Positions 1 through 12,000 of a stretch of 64,000 bases of DNA are shown one piece after another (position 1 is the first letter of the stretch; the number at the start of each line of letters is the position of its first letter). The DNA is from Bugula neritina (taxonomy: Eukaryota; Animalia; Bryozoa), in assembly GCA_964035545.1 (NCBI GenBank), contig OZ037771.1:12461133-12525132 (forward strand), read 5' to 3'. A program made the position numbers and the translations under genes. The notes beneath the pieces are model-generated. The model did no database searches, was not told where the DNA came from, and worked only from the letters and a program-made list of their open reading frames with translations.

Positions 1-99
1 CTACTACTACTACTACTACTACTGTTACTACTACTGTTACTACTACTGTTACTACTACTACTGCTACTACTACTGTTACTACTACTACTACTACTACTG

Positions 100-140
<41 letters not shown>

Positions 141-166
141 GTTACTACTACTACTGCTGCTGCTGT

Positions 167-203
<37 letters not shown>

Positions 204-324
204 GCTACTACTGCTACTACTGCTACTACTACTACTGTTACTACTACTGTTACTACTACTGTTACTACTACTACTGCTACTACTACTGCTACTACTACTA
301 CTACTACTACTGCTACTACTACTG

Positions 325-365
<41 letters not shown>

Positions 366-394
366 GTTACTACTACTACTGCTGCTGCTGCTGT

Positions 395-437
<43 letters not shown>

Positions 438-483
438 GCTACTACTACTACTACTGCTACTACTGCTACTACTGCTACTACTG

Positions 484-521
<38 letters not shown>

Positions 522-597
522 GTTACTACTACTGTTACTACTACTGTTACTACTACTACTGCTACTACTACTGTTACTACTACTACTACTACTACTG

Positions 598-650
<53 letters not shown>

Positions 651-676
651 GTTACTACTACTACTGCTGCTGCTGT

Positions 677-725
<49 letters not shown>

Positions 726-774
726 GCTACTACTACTGCTACTGCTACTACTGCTACTACTACTGCTACTACTG

Positions 775-815
<41 letters not shown>

Positions 816-912
816 GCTACTACTGCTACTACTGCTACTACTACTGCTACTACTACTACTACTACTGTTACTACTACTACTGCTGCTGCTGTTACTACTA
901 CTACTACTACTG

Positions 913-947
<35 letters not shown>

Positions 948-996
948 GTTACTACTACTACTGCTGCTGCTGTTACTACTACTACTGCTACTACTG

Positions 997-1034
<38 letters not shown>

Positions 1035-1062
1035 GCTACTACTGCTACTACTGCTACTACTG

Positions 1063-1094
<32 letters not shown>

Positions 1095-1170
1095 GTTACT
1101 ACTACTGTTACTACTACTACTGCTACTACTACTGCTACTACTACTACTACTACTACTGCTACTACTACTG

Positions 1171-1217
<47 letters not shown>

Positions 1218-1246
1218 GTTACTACTACTACTGCTGCTGCTGCTGT

Positions 1247-1280
<34 letters not shown>

Positions 1281-1335
1281 GCTACTACTACTACTACTGC
1301 TACTACTGCTACTACTGCTACTACTGCTACTACTG

Positions 1336-1367
<32 letters not shown>

Positions 1368-1404
1368 GCTACTACTGCTACTACTGCTACTACTGCTACT
1401 ACTG

Positions 1405-1470
<66 letters not shown>
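1..1470. repeat. (CTA)n microsatellite with CTG/GTT variant triplets, runs off the window start
   Basis: Directly visible; the triplet register is kept over the whole tract. Confidence 0.98.
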
Positions 1471-1685
1471 TTAGTTCTACTACCACTTTATCTGCTACCT
1501 ACTATGTTTTCTACCGCTCAGGTTAGTCTTACTGGAAGATACTTGTGTTATAGATTTATGAGTTCAAACTTAATGAAGGGGCCTACTTATCATCATGCTG
1601 CATTAAAACCTGACTTGAAAGCATCTCTTGAAATTGTTTTAGGAAAACTGTGTTATATATTTATATTCACTTTCTGTATCCTTAG

Positions 1686-4600
1686 GGCTGGAAGTGTATG
1701 AATTCCCAGCAGATTGTCTAGCTACGGAGTTGTCATATCATTTCTCATGTCCTCCATTTTTTGCAAAATGTCAAACTCCACTCAACAAAATGTGGAATCC
1801 AACGTCTTCCACATTTGTCTTAGAATTTTCTTCTTCAGGTTCGTAGATTTTATTCATTAAGCTATATGGTTATCAGAATCTTTTCCGCACCATATATATG
1901 CTTTGTATCCTCATAATGCAGTGAATTGTGATCAAATATTTCAATGTCATTGCTAAAGTACAAATATTATCTCAATGAATTTTGATGCCCTCTCCTGAAC
2001 AGCAATGCCGTATGCAACATATACATACATTATCTAACTCAACGATGCACCAAAAACTTCCCCTGAAAAGCAGTGTTATAAACAATGCTTGCTTAGTTCA
2101 TCTGACTTAGCGTTGTGCCAAACTACGTGACATCATTGACCTAATAAATATAGTCTGATCTGTAGACGCTGAGAAGATCATGAAGAAGCCAACACAGCTA
2201 CTGGAGGTCGATGACCCGGGGTCAAAGATTTTGATCAGTCATTGGGAGGCACGCAGATCCACCCAGGTTCTGGTGTCCTCAGAACATGAGCTCAGTCTAC
2301 GCATGGTTAGAAACTACTTCAAGGGTTTCGGAGAGATTGACGAGTGTGTACATCAGCCTCTGTATGTCGTCGAAGATTATCGGATTATTGTTACCTTCAA
2401 ACAGGCTGAAGGTACGTCTATATTCATAAGCATATACAACATATATCTATCACTTAACTCCTCTCTCTGGAAGATGTGTGTGAGTCATTGTTGGCTTGTT
2501 GGTCTTATATTAGTCATCACTTCTCATCAAAGGGTACACAACTTTTCTTTCCTCTTATTGTAGGTTTGAGCATCTTATTTATATCACTTTAAGGCTTAGA
2601 TAACCTTTTATCTGGAAATGTTAATTTTAAAACCTACCAAAAATGCTTTTTGGTCGTTTTCAACAAATTTTTAAATCACAAAAGTTTAGAGATGAAACTT
2701 CCATTGGCTTACAGGCTCCACTTCTTAGTGTTTTTCTATTTCCCAACATTTGCTTCCTGTTATTGCCGGAAATAGTAAAATGCACAATGATTATTCTAAA
2801 AGTCAATAGTTTTGTTTACATGCTGGTCTCTTTTATACTTTGGCACTATTTATTATGACTCAGAGTTGATCAGGTGTGTTCAACAGGTGAGCTGTGCATA
2901 CCAAATGCATGCAATAATTTTTGGCATAGTTACAAACTATACCTTATATTGCTGTCACCAGTATAATACTATGTATTATATTCTCCCAATAGTGGTATTG
3001 AGTTATGAATAGTTATTAAATATTTTTTATATAAAAAGACTAAAGATAATGTTTTCTCTACATAGACTGATATTTCTGTCTCTTTTCTGTCTGTTAGTTG
3101 CAGTAAAGGTTGCAGCTCAATCTAGCCATCAGATCGGTCCAGCAGTTACTGTGAAGACATTGCTCTTGAAGGATGATGATTACTGTGAAAGAGGTAGACA
3201 ACTCTCATTAGTCAATATCTGTACTAGAATTCCCAGTAGAAAACTCTCAGGGGTTTATAGTCACTATCCCTGTGAAAACCCTCAATTAAAAAGATTTTTA
3301 AAGCAGGCTAAGTACATATGTCTATTGTGGCACAGGAGCAATTATGACTGGATGCTCTTCCTAACATCAACAATGGCCTAACTGGAGACCTAACCTTTGA
3401 CCTACTGATAATATTTTATCATTTTACATGCATCTATTCTAATAAGCTCTGCTACCGTTTATATAGTCTCTCCAGATGAACCCTCCAGCCCAAGTGGGAC
3501 TTCTTTTTCCCTCAACTTTGACTTTGACAGCGTGTCTAGCATCATACCTGCATACAAGCCTTCCAAGGTTGAGGGTGGTCAGCCTAACCATTCCATACCG
3601 CCACTCTCTGGACCTCGGGCTAATGTCTATGAAGAGTTCAACGTTGAAGGAAATCCGCTAACTCTAGGAGGAGGTACTCAGCCTACGCAGGCTCAGGATG
3701 CGTCCAGTGAGTGTGACTACACATGTATAGTGTGACTACACATGTATAGTGTGACTACACATGTATAGTGTGACTACACATGTATAGTGTGACTACACAT
3801 GTGTAGTGTGACTATACATATGTAGTGTGACTACACATATATAGTGTGACTACACATATATAGTGTGACTACACATGTATAGTGTGACTATACATGTATA
3901 GTGTGACTACACATGTATAGTGTGACTACACATGTATAGTGTGACTACACATGTATAGTGTGACTATACATGTATAGTGTGACTATACATATATAGTGTG
4001 ACTACACATGTATAGTGTGACTACACATGTATAGTGTTGTATAGTGTGTGTAGGCAGTAGTATAGGATACGACCACATCACATGATATTTCCACATACCT
4101 ACTTCTTTCTACCAATTGGACTCTAGCCTACTATTTACACTCAGTACAAAGGGCACCACGTCCGGTCTAAAGTTGTTCAATTTGCTCTAACTTTCCTAAA
4201 ACCGCGCTGTCAAATAATTTTTGTTAATGAGTATATTTTAATATCCGTTATTTGCTGTTTGTGGTTCATGTAAATTTTATTATTATATTTAAATTTATAT
4301 AACGGTCTTTTGTTGCATAGTTATATGTTGCTAGCTTGTGCAGTGAATTCATTACAGGAAAATAAACTATCGTTTTCCACACTTGCTTTAACTATGTTTT
4401 AATAAAAATTTGTAACTATAAAAATAAACTATAACCCCTTGTTAAGAATGGGATGTTTTCTGTTTCTATAGTTTATTAATTTGCAATTCAAATTTATATT
4501 TGTCTTATTCTGTAGATGAAAGTCACATATACGAGACAATTTCTATTCTAAGCACAGAACCACCTTTATCTGATGTCAAGGAAGCGCCTGCATCAGCCAA

Positions 4601-7337
4601 TCAACAAGCACCTGCTCAGCCTGTCTCTCCACCCCCTGTACAGCATGCTCTGATCCCTATACCCCTTGTGCCACCTGTCAGTCTACAATGCTGTATCCAA
4701 GTCAACAACTGTGTGGTCAGATTGGTGAGAGGAGACTTGAGCAAACATGCAGCTGAAGTTTTAATTCATAGTAGAGGTACTCTATCATCTATACTCAGTA
4801 CTATATGATATCTCTTATTATCAGTTGAGAAGACCTGTGTCTCTCTCACTCACTCACTCACTCACTCTCACTCACTCTCTCACTCACTCACTCACTCACT
4901 CACTCACTCACTCACTCACTCACTCACTCACTCTCTCACTCACTCTCTCACTCCACTCACTCACTCACTCTCTCACTCACTCACTCACTCACTCACTCAC
5001 TCTCACTCACTCACTCACTCACTCACTCACTCACTCACTCACTCACTCACTCACTCACTCACTCACTCACTCACTCACTCACTCTCTCACTCACTCACTC
5101 ACTCACTCACACACTCATCCACTCACGTAAGTTTATAGTCACCATCCCTGTGAGAAAACCCTGGTAGAAAAGGTTCTTGTTAAATCGGGCTAAGGACTTA
5201 TTATAAGGCACAGGAGCAATTATGACTGGATGCTTTTCCTAACATCACCAATGGCCTTTGTCAGGGTTCGAACCCATGATCTCAGGGTCACTAAGCAAAT
5301 GCTCTAACCCTTAGACCACGACTGCTCCCTGAGAAGACCTGTGTTTAAAGGGATGTAATTTGGCTGAGTTAGTGATGAGTTGGCCCTGCATTGAAGCCAT
5401 TCGTCAAGTTTTTCGTTTTGTGATGCCCTTCTCGACTAGTTTCAGTGAAGCTGCAGAGAGCCCGGTACTCTTTAGCCATGGTATAGATGTTTCTAGGGAG
5501 GGGGGGGTGTATAGACCCCTCTAACAGTTTCCTTGTGATTTCCTCATTGCTGGAATCTAGTTGTGGTGATAGCGTATGTATCTATTCTAGGTTCAGTGGC
5601 TGACATGCTGTACAGAAAGTGCAATACTGCAAACACATTCTCTAAGTTAATTCAAACTGTGAACTGTAAGTATGACCTCTTCATTAATAGTGACTTATAG
5701 GTGCTTTAGTTATCTGTTTTACTTCGTCAGAGGTTTATGTCGCCATCTTTAAGTGTGTAGTCTAAAAATGTACTAAAAATATCTTAGGAATGTATTATTT
5801 TGTTGAGTCAAGTTAATCTCCATTTGTTTATCATTATTGTTAATATACTGAATAGCTGCTTGAAACATGTCATATAATAAATAGAAACAGTTACGTTCTG
5901 TATCAGTGATTAAGGAAACTCAGCCAATCAAATTCATCGTACCATTTAACTTAAAAAAGATACTTGTCTAGGTTATAATGGCAATTGCTTCTAATTGGAT
6001 GGAATTTACATGGTCGAGTTCAAAAGTCTTATATGGGTCGTACCTACTCAACAAGAACTTTGTTACATTTTATTATGTAGAGTTGTCACACTATGACTGC
6101 CTATGCCATATAATTTCACTAAAGTATGTTTTATATAAAAATATGCAGCTACAGACTTTTCTATTGGGTGATTTCTTGTTTGCAGTGCAGCCTACCGGCT
6201 CTATAGCAATCAGCACGGCCCCGAATCTACCTGCCAGGTACCTGTTCTGTTTCCGTCTGGTAAACGGAGACGGTGGTGTCAGTCAGTTGAAGTACGTGAA
6301 GGCGTGTCTGCAGCAGTGCAGTAAAATGAGAGTAAGATCTGCAGCATTTCCTGCCCTGGGCACAGGTAGGCCAATCAGAAAGCAGCTCTACTTATTAGTT
6401 GTGTTTCAGAGACGTCTTCCATGTATTTGTTGTTTTAAATATTTCAACGAAGATTTTTGAAGTATAGCTGAAATATTTGCCACTAAAGGCCTATTTGAGT
6501 CTATTATCACAGGCTGTGCATCTTTCTTGAGGCAACATTCAATTATCTTTTGCTAACTTCAATTGCAACAGATTTTTGCCCAAAGTAAAAAGACAGTGCT
6601 GTTTTGTTCATATAATATTAGTTAATGATTTGGTATACCGACTGCAATAAATTATTCACACCAGCTATCCCCTCAGACACACTTTGCCGTAACGTCAAAT
6701 GTCAGCAATTTTTGACAATGCTCAGGCTGACCATACGATGTGGTACGTCAGGGTCATGCACTGCTTGATTAAAAACACGTCGGTCTTCTATTTGAAAAGG
6801 AGGCATTCGCATCACTCATGGCCTATAATTGTCCAATGAAGTGTCATAAATCTTACCCAATAGCAGACTTTGAGAACTTCAGCCCGAACATTTTAAAAAT
6901 GGCTGACATTACGGAAAAGTTTATCTGAGGGGTGTGCGATGCACACAACTTTAGCAGAAATGTGAGGGGAGAAAAATATGTTTTAGAGTTGTTTTATTAA
7001 CACATTAGAGAAGTGAAAACTGAAAACACATACTTCTTATTAGTATTAGATTTACCATTATGATGCAGGTAACTATGGGATGTCTGCAAAATTGATGTCT
7101 ACGGTTCTCATCAAAGGTATAGTAGAGTACATGAGTGGCCAATCTCACAGCTCTCTAGAGATCATTGACATAGTGATCTATGACCAGCACCTTCTGGACG
7201 ACTATTCCACCAGTATGAAAAAGGCAACGACTACGTCAGTGCTTAGAGACTCTGGTCGATTCATCTCTCGAACTCCAATGGCTGTCGTGGAAAATGTATA
7301 TCAAGTACCGAAGAAGACTAATTCACCACAAAACTGA
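1686..7337 (+). CDS. RRM-like x2 + Pro/Tyr linker + degenerate macrodomain protein (PARP9/14-like, no PARP catalytic domain), copy A; 5' exon(s) missing
   Basis: Phase-consistent exons 1686-1838, 2166-2411, 3098-3193, 3476-3706, 4516-4776, 5591-5665, 6186-6365, 7069-7337(stop). RRM-like 'VRNYFKGFGEIDEC...IIVTFKQAE'; macro motifs 'VRLVRGDL', 'SAAFPALGTGNYG', 'SLEIIDIVIYD'. Exon lengths 153/96/75/180 match copy B exactly. Confidence 0.85.
3254..3381 (-). mobile_element. SINE family 1, 3' fragment
   Basis: Shares the body 'gcacaggagcaattatgactggatgctcttcctaacatca' with full copies. Confidence 0.75.
3711..4037. repeat. 19-bp minisatellite (gtgtgactacacatgtata), ~17 copies, starting just after a splice donor
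   Basis: Directly visible. Confidence 0.95.
4841..5127. repeat. (TCAC)n microsatellite forming the expanded 3' tail of the adjacent SINE
   Basis: Enclosed with the SINE by the 15-bp direct repeat tgagaagacctgtgt (4826-4840, 5330-5344). Confidence 0.9.
5128..5330 (-). mobile_element. tRNA(Thr)-derived SINE family 1
   Basis: On the minus strand: A-box-like tggtctaaggg, B-box ggttcgaaccc, shared body, 15-bp TSD. Confidence 0.88.
6669..6932. mobile_element. MITE-like element with imperfect ~29-bp TIRs
   Basis: cccctcagacacactttgccgtaacgtca ... tgacattacggaaaagtttatctgagggg. Confidence 0.7.
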
Positions 7338-8084
7338 CCATCAATTTGATTTTCTGTATTTTCTTGTACTTTTAAATTAAAAACCTACACTCGGTTGATT
7401 TATACTACGCTCTTGATTTTGTTATCCGGTTTATTAAGTATATTTTTATTACAATTGAATTTATATATCAATTCTATCTAAAAGCTTATGGTGTTTAAAG
7501 TATTTTTCGTGTTGTCATTCAAAATAATTTGTTTTTCAAATAATTCTGAAATTAACAACCTATGATTGGCTAATTGTAAATGGCCTTTTTAAATGTAAGA
7601 GATGGCTGCCGCTGTAGGTCAAAGATTATGCATGGCTTGTTTTAGAAAAACAAACCATTTTAAATCTCTTATTTAAAATTGATATTTTTTTTAATTGAGT
7701 ATGTGCAATATACTGCAAAGTGATATTTATATTTTAGTACCTATATACACGTTTAATTTTACTACATTGAATTAATGATTCCACTATGTTGTACCCAATT
7801 GACTTTCACCAGTTTGAAATTATATTGTTGTCAACGGTTGATATTTTGCACCTATATTCATAATAATATATATTTGTATAAAACTAAGTGTAATCGATAT
7901 TCTGTTGATTTGAAAGAAGATTTTTCCCAAATACTGACCTTGCCTTGACAGTATTTCACTTGAAAACACTTGTTCTTTCCAGTCTTCTAGTTTCTTCCCC
8001 TTCTGTATTTGGTTTCCTAGGTAGACTTTAGAATTTGAGTATTATCAATTTATTCAACATTTTGACTTAAAGAAAGTATACTAT

Positions 8085-8330
8085 GCTTACATAATTTAAG
8101 AGCACTCCTGCATTAATTCGTTGGACTTTACATGGCCAATTTCAGAAGGAATAAGTGGGTCATATTTGATAAACAGAAACTTCTGTTATGTAGAGTTGTC
8201 ACACCATGACTCGATCAGTAGCTTGTCATTATGTGAAAAGATGCAGCTGCACCGTATTCTAGTATTATGCCATGTATATTGTTTGAGGTACAACTTATCA
8301 GCTCTATAATATATAGCAATCACACCCCTC
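8085..8330 (+). pseudogene. Decayed duplicate of the intron and start of the macrodomain exon (copy of ~5950-6215)
   Basis: Shared blocks such as 'tttacatgg', 'ttatgtagagttgtcacac', 'atgcagct', 'gctctata...tagcaatca'; frame broken. Confidence 0.65.
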
Positions 8331-8576
8331 CTATATATACACTTTCTATCAACCAGTTAAATTTAGCTCTACTCATTCATAATATAATGAAAACCAGCAT
8401 TTCTGTTTATTTCTGGTGATCATGATTTCACACTTTTGAACAAGAAATAGCTATTTTAACACTTGGTATTTACAATTAGATTAGTTACAGTTTTCTCTGC
8501 TGTTGCATGACAGCATGCAGTTTTAATTCTTATTGTGAAGGTTGATTTTTCAGCTTTACACTTGTAAAATAATTTT

Positions 8577-8648
8577 GCCACAACTGGTATTCGAACCCGA
8601 GACCTCTGGCTTGCAAGCAAGTGTGATAACCATTACACTATGGAGACA
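8577..8648 (-). mobile_element. tRNA-like head of SINE family 2, or a pseudo-tRNA
   Basis: Reverse complement gtctccatagtgtaatggttatcacac...gggttcgaatacc has A/B boxes; similar heads at 35650-35935. Confidence 0.55.
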
Positions 8649-9085
8649 TTGGGTAAACTCAACCCTACAACACTTATATTCTAATTATAAGCTGAAGTTA
8701 CCTCGCAGCCAAGTCAAGACACAAGTCCCAGAGCTAAACTTAAGGCTACAATATAGCATTACTTGGTGAGTTGAACAAAAAAATAGAAACTTTCTCAGGC
8801 ATTATTTACTTCATTATTACAGCTCTCACAGATAGATAAAGAGCAAATAAAAGGTTTCTGAAATGCTTACAATAACTTTATTCAAAATCTGCTTATAGAC
8901 AGACAGACAGACAGACAGACAGACTATTTACTGAAATAGACTGTCTATTTTACTGAAATACAATATTTGTCAAACTTCAAGAGTATAAAAACAGTTGCAG
9001 TACAAACTTACTTGTCATGAAACATAAATATATTTCATTTAAATGTGAAATTTGTTATATTAAGATTGAAAATATTATATGCAAG

Positions 9086-12000
9086 TTAAAACTTGATATA
9101 AGTATATTTCTTTACAATAGAGACAATTTCTACATAGCTCGAGCTCCAGGGGACTTTACTGGAGTGCGGAGGGGCAGTTGAGCTTTGAGTAGATTTGCTC
9201 TTCGCTGGTAGTGTAGTTGGTAAGATCTCAGCTGAAACTGCTGTAAAAGGTTAAACATCAATAATTGATTAATTCTATAAAAAATAATAAATTAGATTTT
9301 AAATGGTTTTACCAGAAAATTCAAGGAATCAGTAAATATATATTTTGGGAAGCTTATATAGTTTATTTAAAATTACAGTCTGTGTTGAAACATCAGAAAG
9401 TACAGTTAGGCAAAAACATGTAATTATATGTGTTACAAGTAACGAACAATTAGCTTCATTCATTCATTCATTCATTACTTGTGTTTTAACTGGAAGTACA
9501 TATTCATAAATATATAATTTTCACCAAAATTGCAACACTTTACTACCTTAAGTATAATATAAAATTTGCAGGCATTTAATGTATGTTGATATATTTGTTT
9601 GGCAATGCACACAAAATTTAAGCATTGTTGTTTTTCTATATTGAGTTGTTAGTGTCAAAATATTCATGGCCGTTCCTAAGTTTAGTAGAGTTTAGGGGAA
9701 TTTTGCTATAGATCATTTAAGATAGTCTGGCTTCATTTTAAAATGTCTTTCGATGCATAGTACTGCAATGTATGTATATATAGTGCCTTCTTTGATATTT
9801 CAAAGGGCTATATATATAGTCACAATAGTTGGGTTACATAGTTACAGAAAATTTCTATTTAATCACTAACTTAGTATAATTTTATACAGCCTTGGTCTAG
9901 GGGTTAGAGCGTTTGCCTAGTAAACACGAAGTCATGGGTGCAAACCCTGACAAAGGCCATTGGTGATGTAAGGAAGAGCATCCAGTCATAATTGCTCCTG
10001 TGCCTCATTTTAAATAAGTCCTTAGTCCGCTCTAACAAAAACCCTTTCTATCAGGGGTTTCTCACAGGGATAGTGACTATAAACCTGCATGAGTTTTTTT
10101 TTAGTATAATTTTATGCATTGCAAATTTGAATGTTAAAAACAGGTCAAAAATAATAATATCATAATTGAATCAAATACACAGCCTCATCAACAAACTAAT
10201 AAATGTTTGCAACTGAAATCCAATCGCTGAACTGGAAAAACTAAACTTATTCATTGAGAATAGTTTTTTGTTTTTTTCCCAATTTCCAGGACTTTGTAAG
10301 GCGCCAAATAAGGTTATTTATGAAATTTACTTACTTTTTAAGTGGGGAAATTTTAAAACCAACAACAACAAAAATCTAAGTACATATAAATTTAATAAAA
10401 TACAGATAAATTGACAGCCTAATTGGTAAAACCATTGAATACAATTATTTATATAAACATAAAAAGTTTTCAAAATATAAAGAGATCTTGCATATAAAAA
10501 CACAATAGAATGATACAGCTTATATTTGAATGAATTGTTAATGGTGTAAGAGAGTGAGGGATATGGGATAAACATGCATGAACAAACTGAATTTTGATTA
10601 TGGAATAAAATGTTGTAAATTGCCACAACAAGTTGCAAAAAGCTTCTTTTGTTAAAGTCAAGCATAGATTTAGGAACTGAGATATGAATTCATGCATTTC
10701 CCTTTCAGTTATTTAATTTGACCAGCAAATTGTAAGTTTATGCTGTGCATTTCTCACATATTATAGTTTTACCTGGTTTGGTAGAGCTCAATGGCACTGT
10801 AGATGGAGTTGTTGTAGATGTTGCAGTAGAGGTTGTTGGCATAGGTGCTGCGATTGGCTGAGAAGTTATAGTTTGAGTTGGTTCAGGGAAACCTGAGAAT
10901 GATTTGAATTTTATTTTACAAAAAGAGAGATTGTAAGTGTGTTGACTCCCAAAATATTAGAAATGAGACTAAAAACATTGCAAAATTGCAGAGTTACAAT
11001 CTTAATATAATACTGATTCACTTAATCAATTAACATACATGATATTATGCTAGTTCAATAACTTGTTAACTGCAATAATAGTCTCGGAATGTTTATATTA
11101 GGAGCAAAATTAGCTCAAGATAGTTAAAGCAGTTTTGAATTAAGTCATAAAAATATAATTCTAACAGAAACTTCTTAAATCTTAGCAAATTATTTTTTGA
11201 AAGATGAAGTTTGGTGTGTTTAATTTTGGTGCTGCCATGCAGTATTTTGTGCTTGTTGTACTGCAGTTTTTTATGAAAACATGTTTACAAATTGCATGCT
11301 TAGATTACTATTAACCACGGTTTTTATAAACACCTGATTTATATTTAGATGATTTTTAAAATATAATCAGTTTTGTTAAGAAATGCCGTATTTTAAAGTT
11401 AAGAATTTTTTCACAGAGATTATGAACCAATGTGTGGTATGACCCTGAAGCTCTCTTTGTCCTATGAGATATTGTATGAAAGTGTCCTTGCCTTGAACGC
11501 ATCTGTATACAGAAGCTATCTTTGACCTAAAGGATAGTTGCGATGCACCTCCAGGAGAAGGCAACTTTTATTACTTGAAGACTCGCTATACAATTATAAC
11601 TGGGATATCATGAATAAACAGTGTATTCGTGAGTTGATCTTTTAACGAGCTGCATCCTTGGCATTTATCACACTACTTTATGTTGTGCACTTTTCAGATG
11701 GTATAGTTTTACCTGTTGTGGTAGAGCTCAATGGCACTGTAGATGGAGTTGTGGTAGGTGTTGCGGTAGAGGTTGTTGGTGCATGTGTTGTGATTGGCTG
11801 AGAAGCGGTAGTTTGATTTGGTTTAGAGAAACCTGTCGGCATATATAATCAATTGAGTTAAATATTTTAAAAGAAAGGACTGTAGATGTGTTATAATGGA
11901 CCTTCACAATATCAAAGATGACCAAAAAGATTCCAACAATGCAGACACTAAGAGGCTGGCTATTTACACATGCCTATTTCTGAACACTTAGAATTTTATT

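Noticed and set aside
4825-5130. THSL-repeat ORF
   Set aside because: (TCAC)n SINE tail
8577-8648. Functional tRNA genes (also 35650-35935 and SINE heads)
   Set aside because: A/B boxes are present but stems are mismatched and copies are divergent; better read as SINE heads or pseudo-tRNAs. tRNAscan-SE would decide
7337-9000. Downstream WWE/PARP catalytic exons for the macrodomain genes
   Set aside because: Both paralogs have in-frame stops after the macrodomain, no H-Y-E-type PARP motifs are visible, and a convergent gene follows closely
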